From positions 10,455,895-10,519,894 of the forward strand of contig CM082585.2 in NCBI GenBank assembly GCA_040954595.2: DNA of 64,000 nucleotides. Direction: 5' to 3'. The position numbers and the translations under genes are program-made. Shown here one piece after another: positions 1 through 16,800 of the stretch. Position 1 is the stretch's first letter. The number at the start of each line of letters is the position of its first letter. Origin of the DNA: Balanoglossus misakiensis (Eukaryota > Animalia > Hemichordata). The notes under the pieces were generated by a model, which saw only the letters and a list, made by a program, of their open reading frames with translations, made no database searches and was not told the origin of the DNA.

Positions 1-91
1 AGTTAATATAAAATGTGGCTGGTGCTAAATTTGTGAACTTTCCTGTCATGATATTGATATTAAGGATCTGGAGAAATAAACATAATACTAC

Positions 92-672
92 CTGTGTAAC
101 GGAGTGTTTCTGCCAAACCTTCTCAGGTGCGAGGGAGGAAGACTTCCTCTGCAAAACGTCGTCAACTTTGTCGACAAACCATTAGCTGATTGGCTGTAGT
201 GTTTAACGAGCTGATCCAGCCCTTGAAAAACTGGCCCCTCGTCGATTTGGAGGAAGCAATCTGTCAACCGCTGTACTTGGAAATGTTGCGGGTTACCTTT
301 GTGAACTAGCGACAGAACGAAGTCCCCTTCCACAGTTGCGCTCTCGCGTATGAGGAACAACCCTTCCATCATCCCGTTCTCTTGGAGGATGTGAACTGCT
401 GTATCTCTGGTGATTTTTCCATGAAACCACATACAGTCGGCGTCCTCCTCGATCCCGGTTGCCCTGTCTTTCTTTAGGTATTCAGTGACGGAGCCATGTC
501 GAATTATTTCGCTTAGTTTACGTATTATTTCCGGGTTGTCGTGATTGCAAAGAGAAGATGTTTTACACGACGGGGCATCCTCGTAGATGGGACAAGGGGG
601 TACATCGTGGGGCATCAGTCGCGTCGATGCGTTAGAACGCAGAAACCTCTCCCGAAGCGCCTTGAAGGGCAT
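92..672 (-). CDS. Shark: SHARK/HTK16-like SH2-ankyrin non-receptor tyrosine kinase, first coding exon (gene continues off the left edge)
   Basis: ORF from ATG 672 encodes a full SH2 domain (WFHGKITR...GLFLIRES...FVLSL...HFQV...LDQLVKHY) followed directly by an ankyrin-repeat start (GRNTPLHR). It ends at donor AG|GTAGTA (92/91). SH2 followed by ankyrin repeats is the SHARK/HTK16 architecture; the kinase domain is not in the window. Confidence 0.85.
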
Positions 673-1338
673 CTTGCACTAACTAACAGCACATATACAC
701 ATGACAATATTCGGTCCTGAAACCGGGAAACACGCTCGATCGCACTGGAAGCTGATCACTTAGATTTCGGTACTTCCTCATACAAGTGATATGCAAATGC
801 ATCACATGGCTTGGGTCAAAGTTGAAGTGGGAGGTGGGCGTGGCAGTTTTGATGCAGTGCGACCTGAGTTACTGCCAAAGTGGTACTAAAATGTGTACGT
901 AAATATGATTTGAAATGTTTAAGTTTTGGAAGAATTAGAGTTTATGCCGAATCGCATGCCATCTTAATATCCGAAAAATAAAAATGACTACCCCGAGTGA
1001 ACACAAAAAAGGGCACGAAAAAAGGGTCAAAAAGTAGAGACGCATAACTTTCTGTGTGTTGAGAAGAGAAGAGAAGATTATGGATTTCTATTTTAGAAAA
1101 AAAAATATTTCAGATTAAAACAAAATTGAGTGAAACACGAGTTTATACTGAATGTGTTCAGTTCTCTCAAAATGACCCTGAACTTATAGACAAGATTGGA
1201 CCGGCCTTATAATAACGGGTCACCTCAAATGCCCTTGTCGAAACCCTAGCAACAGGTCTGGGCCGAGATGGTCTCTCGTGACCTCTCTGGCAGGTCACAG
1301 TGAACGAGTTGTATTGTGGGAGGTCACATCCGAGCAAA
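673..1338. promoter_or_regulatory. Putative bidirectional promoter between Shark and ATG16L1
   Basis: Divergent start codons 666 bp apart. Motifs: ETS/PU.1-like GAGGAAGT (minus, 772-779), octamer ATGCAAAT (791-798), DR1-like GGGTCA-A-AGTTGA (813-825), GC box GGGCGTGG (~836-843), several (A/G)GGTCA half-sites, and YY1-like AAAATGGCGG over the ATG16L1 start. Confidence 0.6.
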
Positions 1339-5538
<4,200 letters not shown>

Positions 5539-6461
5539 AACTTGCAAACTCAACTCTAAGAAAGATGGCTATCCTATACTTAATTCCAACTTGCATCTGC
5601 TGTAAATCAATGCCTAGCTGCTTGGGGAGTTTTTGTTTTGTGTCGACCATTACATACACTCTGCTCCCCTCCCCCTCCCTCCCCTTTGACCCTCAAACAA
5701 ATAACATTTACAAAATCAATGGGTTTTATGATATGATCCAATATGGACGCCTAACGCTAGGTGACCAGTTTCTAACTTTTCATACATGATGCCATTACTC
5801 ACATGTACATGTAGTTAAACCCAGTGTCATTTGAACTAGACACATGCACCTGTGTATTAACATGTTGGTGTTTAGTGTTTTGGGATACAATCCAACATTG
5901 TGCCAGGTAGTCATTTTGTAAACAATCGTCTTATGTCTGGTACCATTACTGATTTCGTCTCACCATGAATCTGGTCAGTGTTTCAAAATATTAAGATCCT
6001 GCGGGAACTATGTCATTGACAATGACTTGTTTATTTTTCTAAAAGTATTTTGAGTTTAGTCGCTTTCCACTTCAGTTTGTACTAGTGTCCACAGTATTAT
6101 ACTTTGTTTTAAGACATTTAAAATGTCTGTTGGCAGCGCAAGACCACCAAACTGCTTTTTACATTACAGAGACGTAGATCAGTGTAAGTTATAATTTAGT
6201 AATCTGGTTGTCAGAGATGGGTTTATACCATTATAAAACTTAAGTATACTAATTATGACGTAAATCTCTCAGAATAATATATCTGTTAGTATATAGTATT
6301 ATTGAAATGGTGTATATTTTGATGCATGTAAGCTTTCATTGTGCATGGTAAGTATGGCAACATGATGGTGACGTTATGGAGGTATAGAGGTCAAAGGTCA
6401 TATCCATGACTTCAAGTGTACATTTTGTGATGGTTGTGAATTTAAAAATCAGTGTATATAA

Positions 6462-6467
6462 AATAAA
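6462..6467 (+). terminator. Candidate polyadenylation signal of ATG16L1
   Basis: AATAAA about 0.9 kb after the stop codon, followed by T/GT-rich sequence. Confidence 0.4.
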
Positions 6468-9400
6468 TTTATAAACTTTACAAATAATTTGTATGCCGCG
6501 GGTTTTTGTCTCATTGCTATAAATGTTGATTTCGTGTGTGGGATAAAATCGTCTCCTGCTTAAATCTTAAACACTGACTGATGTTGCTAGTGCAGTAGTG
6601 TTGAAACTGCCAACACACAACGATGTTACTCTGTTGAGGGCGCTGTTTGACATGGGCAGTTTGGCACAGTTCCAAACCCAAACCGATAAAATGAGATAAT
6701 ATACTTGTTTACCCTGACTGGTGTGAAACAAATTTCTGTATATAATGACATTGCTTAAAGCTGCTTATAATTTTTTTTGCAGTTAATGAAGTCTATCTGC
6801 GTGAAATTAAAAAAAATATGTCCAAGGTAGCAGATATCGTCGCATAACAAGACATAGTTTGTTTATTTGGAACGCAAATATAATTTTATCATAACATAAA
6901 ATAGTTTTAGTTCGGGAAAACAATTTGGGGCTTAGGCAAAATAATGTTTTGATACGTCTGTTATCGTATAAGCCTGGAAATGCTGCGTCAATATTTTCCA
7001 AAGTGTACTCTTGTTATTTTTATTTTGCATTACCTAAAATTGACATTAGTGATCCTTCATATTTTCTCGTGCTCGCTACAAATACTTCATGTGACTATTA
7101 TGGTTTATTTGCTGCATTCAATTGTGAATTGGATATTAATCCGTCCTGCCTGCTGGCTTGTTGTCATATTGCTTTAGACTCCATGTTTTCTGTACACTGG
7201 TCATTACGTCATACCCCTTTCTCGACACTTGACACCATACGCCAGCAAAATTGCGTCAAGAGTGACGGAGACGTCATCACCAATACTCAATAAGCCGAAT
7301 GTAGCTATAGCATCATGGCGCGCATGTCGTTGAAAGACCACGCAAGACCTGAGATCACGCTTGTCTGACAATCATTATCTGTGACGCAAATGGTGACTTA
7401 TTGTAATGCAAGTTGGAACGAATGTTTCTGGCAGATTTGTGAATACTAATACAGGATACAAAAGTTGACGAGTCCCTTGAAATTTTCTTTTGTGTGTTAC
7501 TTGCAAAGAAAACAGCGAGAGTCTTTTCTTAGTGTACAGCGCATAAACCGTGCCTGTGTTATCGATTTTGATAAATTAGTTCAAATTTACTACATTGTGA
7601 CATAAAGCTTTCAAACTTACCTTGTTTGTTATCATGTTAACAGATTACAAATATTGAGTTATGCATTTTCTCACTGTTTGTGGTGATTTTTATTTTTTGC
7701 GTTTTCATCTTTCGCTATGTAAGCCAATCCCTTCTTTGTGTATAGCCCAGAGGCCTTGAAATTCAAATGAAGTGACATGTGAAGACATGCTGAATTGAAA
7801 TAGAAATTCAATCTACCGGCAGATGTACATCATTTCCCCTGTATTCATGATGCTTCATTCAGCAGGGAAAATAATTATGATCGTACCCATCCATATTTCA
7901 GCAAAAATTATATGACGAGTTGCATGAATAAATGTTGAACAACCTCCGGAATTGTACTAAGTTTTGAGTCTACTGGAAATTGTCTCTCTGGCACGCCATT
8001 TACCACGTTCAACAGGACAAATAATGATAAGGGTTTACAAGACTTCGTGGCCATTTACGAATCTGTCCAACAAAAGTATGAACAACGAGTTTATAAAGTC
8101 TGTGTGAAGTCCATGCGAAAAGCTTACGTTGAAAGCATGCGGGAAACGCCCACGATTTCGCCGACAATTTTTTTACTCATACCCATAAAATTTGTAATAT
8201 TTTTAATGTGCGAGAAAATTCAGACCAAAAACTTCACCACCTGGAATGTCTCGGAATGAAGGTTCATGGTTTGTGAGACTATCACGACAAGAACGTGACA
8301 GTAGCTTATATAGTCTATTCTCTCGTTGACACCGTGCCTACTTGGACATATAACAATCTGATTGTCATCAATTTATCTCACGTATTACACATATTGCCTC
8401 TATAAAAAAATTTCATTTTACACGTCACGAATACACCTGCCTCTTATGAGACCTACCTCCTTCCTACGAAAAGCTGTTATACCTGGTATCACTTTTATGG
8501 TGACGCAAAAAAAATGCGCGATTTCTTGTTCTAAAACTAGTATTTCTTTTATTTGCTCAGCATAATGTTTCGTTAATTTTTATGTGACTGTTAACTGCAA
8601 CCATACCACCATGCTGAATGAGCACTGGTACTTTGCAAGTACAGAAAGATTGGACAGAAAACCGCAATGACGCACCCAATATTGCGCTGATGCTTTGCGC
8701 GTGTACAGCCGCGGGTCCCGATATTTCACATCATGTCGATGCTATTGTTGTAGTACAACAATGTTATATGCGGGTACCCTTTGTTGCTGACGACCACACA
8801 AATCTGAATCCCAATCAGACTTACTTTCGATTCCACGAAATTATTTATTTTGGATCAACTGTACGGTCTTTGCTAGTCACAGCCGCAGAAACACCAGCCG
8901 TTGTGGCGTTTATCTTGGAAAGAAATCGTCCCGATAGCGCACGCATATTTTTGCCAACGATCGTGTGTGATTAGAAGTTGAGCAAGAATTTAATTTAATT
9001 CTTCCCTTTTATGCTATTATGATATTTATGATATTAATTGAAATTTTGAAGCAATCGTCAGTAGTGGGCGTGTCCAACTGACCGTGGAAATTAAGATGAC
9101 AGTATTTTGATGAATTGAGTTGAATCAATCCGATAATTAGTCAAGACCGAGAGATTGAATTGTTATTGTGATGGTTCCGATTATTGGGCTTGACGATGCA
9201 TCACCATGACGAAACACGTGACACAAGGTCACCCCCCACCCCAATGTCATCTGCACGTTCCCTGCAGTCCTTACTGTACACGCTGGTCACGCGGCAGGAC
9301 ACATTTTTGGCCAGTGGACACTGCCTCTAATTTCGATAATCCTCTTCAATCTGCTCATTTTCCAAATTAATGACTACGACTTAATAATGATAACAATATT

Positions 9401-10190
9401 GCGAAGTTAATAGATTAATGTCATAATAATGACAATATTACATTTTAATCCGTCTTTAGTGTGATAACAAAGGCCGCTGATGGTGGCATTGTTCTCATAA
9501 TACTGTCCTCACGGGGTAAAACATGTGTCTCTTCCTGGATGTACGACATACTAGAGTCCCAAAACTTTTATTTACCTTGAAATATAGCATTCTTTTTCTT
9601 TATTTTTGAGTTCTATCTATCACCTGTAAGCCATTTGGGATAGGGTATGACGTTTTTCACAGAGCAACCTCACAGCATAGTCTATTTGCGAATTCCTGGT
9701 GGGAATACCAAACCATCTATCATTTATGAATATTTGACAATTTACACATTAAAATTGCTGCTAAACGTCGGGATACAATGTCAGTGTAATGACGCAAACT
9801 GACGATTTGGAATCTATAACAAATTGACAAATAAAGACGAACAGTGAAAGCAATTTGCAGATCGGATATTGCATTAATGATGTTCAATGATGTGTTAATA
9901 TAGAGAACAGAGCGAATGGTGTTTATTTAAATCCAAGGGGGAAAAGTTGCAAAACAACTTTTTTTAAAAAACGTACTTGCGGCAACGAACCACCGCCATC
10001 ATTACCATCCACAGCAGCAGCCAACAAAAATGCCCACGGTTTACATCTTATTGAATCGAGAAAGAACAAAGCTAGTGACATTTTTGCTGTAGTTCGCGAA
10101 ATTTCGTATTTTCTAATACCAAATCATAAAAGCCACTTTTGGGATTTACATTATTCGCTCAAAACTACGTAGCTAGAGGGCCTTTTCAAG

Positions 10191-10768
10191 ATCACGTGAT
10201 TTACATATAACCCAGGCAGCGGTGTCCTCCTTCGTGCATACACAGTGTGGATCGGCACCTTGAATCACGTATAACATAGGTTGACCCGCCGCCCACACGG
10301 CGTATTCATCGCTACGACGTCTCGTTTCCGAGTCTGTGATCGTCAGCAGAGCGCCAGACCTTGCTGAAAACATCGATTGGAAGAAGGCGTGTCAGCGATA
10401 TTGGCGAACGCAGCTGGGCATTCCATCCCCACAACACAACAACATTGGTCAATCAGACAGTCTGAGTACGAGTGTGAAACGGTACGTGTACACATCAATC
10501 TGGTCGTCTGACACTTCATTCCCCAATAGCGTTCCCAGTTACCGTCGCCCAGCGCCGTTCGAAGCCTCTCTGTAGGTGTTATTGACCTTGGTCGTAGCCA
10601 GTGACCACCGTTGACCAAAAATTCCGAGTTTATTCAAAGATTTGGACATTTCAACGCTGTCTTTCAGCAGACGACAAGCATCATCGACGGTCGAGGATTT
10701 GTTGATCAATTCAGGATTCCTATATCGGTTACTATCCGCATCCAAACGAAGCGTCTGTACACCAACGA
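10191..10768 (+). promoter_or_regulatory. Putative beta-arrestin promoter and long CpG-rich 5' leader
   Basis: Palindromic E-box ATCACGTGAT (10191-10200), TATA-like CATATAA (10204-10210), CpG-rich, and no plus-strand ATG from ~10033 to 10768. Confidence 0.55.
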
Positions 10769-10848
10769 ATGGCATCAACTGGGAAAAACTCAGAAAACGG
10801 TCCGAAAATGGAAGGAAGTCTAGACCAAGTGAAAAAATCAGGCACTAG
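10769..10848 (+). CDS. ARRB1: Beta-arrestin exon 1
   Basis: [26 protein letters not shown] then AG|GTAAGA. Joins exon 2 to give the conserved GTRVFKK. In-frame upstream stop at 10703; second in-frame ATG at 10808. Confidence 0.88.
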
Positions 10849-13800
10849 GTAAGATAATATGATAAACATTGTGTCGGTCGGGCCTCTTCTATAGAAAGCC
10901 GTGATCTTGTGCATTTCACACGTTGTCTTGTGCATTTCATATTTGTCTTGTGCATTTCATATGTCAATTGCAGCCTTGGCTAGCTTGGCCTACAGGACAG
11001 TAGTAGCCTATCTTGACCAGGTCTTGAAAATGTGCAATTTATTTTATTTCTTCTATGTACACAACATCGAATGGATATCTGTAATATCTGTTATGAGCCC
11101 ATTGTATTATTATTGTTCTGATTCAGTTATTAATATTATAAAAATAAAATAATAATAATAATTATAATTTTTATTATTATTAATATTTTATTATTATTAT
11201 TACAATTTAATTATACTTTGAACATATCCAGACCAGTCGTTTAAATTAGTCAATGTGTCAGGCATTTGTTAGCGTCGTTAGTGGGGCATCAGTGTATGCC
11301 AATTAATTTGCCTGTTGGGACTGAAGAATATAATGAAATGCAAATGTGAGGGAAGCTGAGTGTGAGAACGAGATTTATCACTTTGGGTTGACGTGTAATT
11401 TTGAATATAAATTCTTTTACCTGGGACTCCCCATTTAAGCTCGCAACATTAATTTACATTAAACTCAGCATTCTGTCACATTGTGAATAATTGAGGTACT
11501 TTGCGAATCAGTCAAGCTTTGTTTTCGTACTGATTTAGAGATATGCAATGCCAAGGAAGGGAGTGGGTGATATGCAGGATCTTAAGGCTTGTCTGGGCCA
11601 CTCGGAGACATGAATTCTGGAGGCAGGTCCAGATCTTGTCAAAGGATTTGGTAGAGATGTTGAATATTGCATGGGAGCCACTGCTGTTGCCGTGGCAACA
11701 GGCTATATCAACCCTGGGGATGCATTTAATTTTGTTTTTGTTTTTGCCAATGTGCCGCAGCAGAGGGCTCGTTTGCAAGGTTGAAAGTTGATAATGAATC
11801 CCCATGGTTACTTCAGCAGATCTCTGATTATGAGGAGGTCTGTTTCTGATGTGTTTGTTTTCAGCAAAACTCTGCATAGCGCTTCAGCGATCATCTCATC
11901 TGGGTTTTCTTTCGAGTCAGCGTTCCTCCAAAGATTTAGTAGCAGAGGCACATGCTGATTGTAATAAACGGTTGCTTAGGTAACAGTTGGTTGCCTAGGT
12001 AACAGTGTTGTGTTGTTGTTTTATGGGGGGGGGGGACATCCTCAAGCCAGAGAACGAAATAAAGTGACAATGGTCGTCATGTTTTTTCAGCAAAAGCTTG
12101 TAATTTCAAACCAGTTCACCTAGATTGGTCCCTGTCGTGATGGTTACAGTTACCGTGGTAACCACCATATGTTATTCAAATTCTTTAAGTGCTGCACCTT
12201 GCCTTGGAGGATTTCTTTAAATTTTTGAAATCAAAATGTAGGAATGTTTTAATATCTGACGTAGGCTTGGCAAAGATGTGGATGCGGATGCCTGCTTTAA
12301 TATTTAATGCATGTTTGTTGGCATTGTTACCGAGAATGATGGCTTCGATTTTTCAATCCTTTGTTATCTTGTTAATGTTATCACAGAATGTAAGTGTTCC
12401 TAGATGTCATGGAATTTTAAAAGGAAAGCCATAGAAAATCCTGAAATATAAAATTTTCTCTTTGGACCTACTGGAAAAAATGGTCAAAATAAAGCGACTT
12501 TGTCCCTTTAAGATAAAACTGAACAGTGGGAAGACATAATGCAGCTGTCTCTGTTTCTTACCAGGTTTCTCTTAACATGTACATATTTATTCTGTTCCTC
12601 AGTTTCGACACCGCTGTTTTATTTAAGAAGCTTCCAAGCCTTAGGTTTGGTTGCATATTCAATGTATCTCTCTCTAGCCAGGTATCTAAAAAAGGATGGG
12701 TATCCTATTCAGAACGAGACTTTATGACACATCTTAGTTCTCTCTGGACAGGATCAGATTGTCAGTGTACTAAGGCATCCAGGGTTCTACATCTGTATCA
12801 TATAAAGGACTGTATTTGAAGGTCAATATTGACGATTGAAATGACCTACAAACGACCCTAGTATTATTGTCTGCCTCTTGAATCATATAAGTTTCCTTGT
12901 CATGTTTTATAAATTCATAATGGAATGTTAATGTAATATCTTCAAATCCTTGTTTGAATGTCAGTTTTTGATGCGTTTTTAAAAACTCTTAACTGACAGT
13001 AGTAAATTCACAGGAATGATTCGTTTTCATATCTTCTCTATACAATGAATTAGGCATGCTGTAAGTTACCATTTACATTGGAACACAGTAGCTACACTCC
13101 CCTATTAGCTTGCTCCATGCACAAACAGTGCTGTGTTTATTTTCTAATATGCAACTATTGTTGGCGAAAGGCTTTGTTTACACTGGAAATTGCAGATCTT
13201 GTGTAGGCATTACAGCTGTTCTTTGTACCAGGAGATGAAAAATTCGTCAGCTATGCGCAGAAAATGATGTTATGAAACGCAGTGAGGTTTGCACATTATA
13301 TATCGACACTGCATTCCTAATTGTGTTATGGGAATAATTAACTGTACTTGTCAACACGCCAAGGATAGATTTGCTTGTTGTTAGCCCCATAGGTAGTCCT
13401 TTGCCATTGTAATTGGCTGATGCAGAGTATCTACATGTCGCTTGAAGCAGTTTCTGTCAGATTAGTCCCTACTTATTGTGTTGTGATTGTGTTGACAGAG
13501 TCGCAGTTGTGTCCAATGGTGTTGCGTTGTTTTCAAGTTGTAAAATGAGATTGAACAAGCCCCAAGATCAAAATACTGGTGAAATCATGTGAATGGATGG
13601 TTGACTCGTCATATCATTGGATTACATTCATCTTCTGTAGCTCTTTTCATCTCGTGAATAAAAAATGTGCCACGTTTTCATTAGATAGCAGTAAAACATC
13701 ATCATTAAAATTTACTGTTCCATTTAATACAGAAATAATTGCATTGTGCTGTGATGGTTAAAAAACAGCAAATATTGCAGTAACCCCTTGGTGTCAGTTT

Positions 13801-16800
13801 GTGTTTATCGTCATGGTTATGGCATTTGCATAGGTCACCAAGAGGTTAAGGTGCAAAGGGTAAAGTAGATATAAAAAATTTGAACATGTGAACCTGGCAC
13901 TGCCTTCACCTTGACCATAGACGTAAATTTCATGATTGAAAATGAGGATTACATCAGAGTACATAGGAATTACAGGGATAAATCAGACGTAGGCATTTGA
14001 AATATTTAATCTTATATGATCTACCAAATTCAAATGTTCTCATTTCTATTACGGATTGAATATTTTAATTGTAGTGACTGGCGCCTACTGCTTAGTTTTG
14101 TTTGTATTTCACTGATGTGTGAAACCATAGAATGTCAAACGGGAAGGGATGGGAGCCTGTACTGATTGGTTTGAAATAAAATCTGTTGTGAATTGTATGA
14201 TTCTTTCAGAGATAATATGCGAAGAAAAAATCTGAAATCATTGAAAATAACAAACTCAGAATGATTAATTCAAAATTCACAGCTGTCCTGAAGATTGCTG
14301 CCATGCGTCAAGTGGATCTGTTTATATAATTAATCCAGAATGCCAGACTTCTCAGTTTAATTTATAACACTGAAATTTGCAACATATCTGCACGCAGACA
14401 TACTTTACTCAACCACACACAATTTATTTTGAAGGCTAGGAGGTAATTGTAGCGAACTCTCATAAAAAGTAGCATTGTAGTAAAATGTGAAGTGAAGCCA
14501 TTTAACACGGGATTATCAACAATCTACATGCTTATAAATCTTCAAAACTAGAATTACATGTAACATGTATGTATGTATGTATGTATGTATGTATGTATGT
14601 ATGTATGTATGTATGTATGTATGTATGTATGTATGTATGTATGTATGTATGTATGTATGTATGTATGTATGTATGTATGTATGTATGTATGTATGTATGT
14701 ATGTATGTATGTATGTATGTATGTATGTATGTATGTATGTATGTATGTATGTATGTATGTATGTATGTATGTATGTATGTATGTATGTATGTATGTATGT
14801 ATGTATGTATGTATGTATGTATGTATGTATGTATGTATGTGTGTACATGTATGTATCTGTATCTCATGTAACTATGCATTACATGTATGTATGCATATCA
14901 ATATATGTGTGTTACTGTATATGTACCATATTATATGGTTGGATCAAAGTATATATGTGTAATGTAAATGTATGGTTGTTTGAATGTCTGTGTCAGTGGG
15001 CAGCCGATCTCTTTCATTAGTTGATTTGATTTAGACTTGCCAGAGTCAATTTTTTCATTGAAAATATGTCATGACATATACCTATATGTACTAATATAAT
15101 GAAAGTTGACTCTGAGTATAGGTTGGCCGTTAAGCAAAGTAGTGCTTTTATGCAGCGGTTTGTGTAAGATTGCAGATTTATTCAAAATTTCTTCAAGCAA
15201 AGGTCAGCTTTATTTTTTTTCCTTCTCCATTTTCTAACAGTAGTACGTTGAGTGAATGCATAAGTATGACTGAATGTGACTAGCAGTGGGTGTGTGTTGT
15301 TTGAAATTAGAAAACTAATTTAGAATCTAGCTGACAGACATAAAAAACACATCGCTGGATTTTGGTCTATTAATTATTAGTACAATATAAATTTTATAGA
15401 TAACTCCATATGCCTTGTCTGTGAGTTGGTTTCATGGTGATAGTGTTTTGGTTAGAAAAATACATCCTTAAAATGATTTTATACTCTACTTGATTTTGGG
15501 TTTTCAACCACAACTACATTTGTATCTAGCTACTAGCTAACATATACGAGATACAAGATAGCTTTTTATTATAATCGTATAATCTTGATACAAACCTTCA
15601 CCAATCCCAGCGTAACCTGAAGCCTAACAACTGAGCCATGGGTTTCGTGTAATATCACATAGCCTTATAATGTGTTCATAATTGTATTCAAATCAGATTT
15701 TCTTTGGAGCCATAGCCTTAGTGTTGTACATTGAATTTTCATGTTGTCATGGAGACTGGCAATTTCACACAGTGGGTCTTCACGAGATATGTACCGGTAA
15801 TTATTCTCTATACACATGGTTTCTCAGCAGTGATATTTACATTGGCAGTGAGTGGGATATGTTTACGATAGACGTGTTTCGTATATTTTCCAAGAAACAT
15901 GATAATCTGAGAGTGTGTTTTGTCTCATGTTGGCCATTACAGATGGTTGAAAGGTAGAAGAATATTTATTCAGTTGCAGTTTCATCACTCTGCGTGTATT
16001 AGAAAATTCCTGACAATTTGAACCCGTAGGCAATATGGCCATGCTGCATGGGTGGTGTGCATTTGGAAATTACATGTAATTGAATTGCCCAGGTGTAATT
16101 TAACTGGCTGTGGTGATATTTTTCTCAATATCACATTTTTCGACTTCCAGGAAAATTTCCCACAACTGAAAAATTGCATGCCTTGGAGTCGTTACGCAAG
16201 ACGATATTTGCAAATCGTTGTGCTAGTTCTGAGAAAATAACAGTTCTTTGGTCACGATACGAACGCGGGATGTGACGTACAGTTCCCATATTCTTGAGTG
16301 GATAATTCTGAATAAGATGACAGTGGCGTGCTTTTCAAACTGTTAACACTTAGAATTCAAGCAGTTCTGTTTTTTGAAGTACCTAATTAGTGGAATCTCT
16401 TTCTCCAAACCACACATAACAACTTCATGGCTTTTTGAATTTCACAGAGAAAATTGAGGCAAGATGCATGTATCTTAGACAAAATGTAGAACATCCTGGT
16501 TGGAAAGCAGCTGCATATTTCATAAAATTCAACCTGAAAAATAAACATGATTTTAATAACACATTTTAAGCCAGGTGTCATGTCAGTGAGAATATCAGGT
16601 AATACACAAAGCCAAGAGGAAATATCTGGATGTGGATTGTAACCATAATTTAACATGTCAGCTTGTTTCTGTACCAGCCACTGGTGACCTTCCACTTAAT
16701 GTCTACTTCAGTGTCGACTTCATCAAAGCCATTAACAACATTTCAGCTGCCATGTCTGTCCTTGCAGAACATACATGCTAGGTGTACAGCACAGCAACAC

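Noticed and set aside
1300-1338. Upstream GTG start extending ATG16L1
   Set aside because: An ORF-caller alternative start; ATG 1339 has a strong Kozak context and gives the expected N-terminus.
8618-8974. 118-aa intergenic ORF and neighbouring short ORFs at 6.9-8.6 kb
   Set aside because: No recognisable domain or consistent exon chain. Possibly decayed repeat sequence, which I cannot identify without a search.
10200-10770. Structured ncRNA gene (snRNA or tRNA) in the GC-rich stretch
   Set aside because: No tRNA, snRNA or rRNA signature recognised; explained as the beta-arrestin 5' leader.
11130-11215. AT-only quasi-palindrome
   Set aside because: Low-complexity (TAA/TTA)n sequence with no defined termini or TSD.
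14516-15020. MYVC/HTYI repeat ORFs
   Set aside because: Translations of the (ATGT)n microsatellite.
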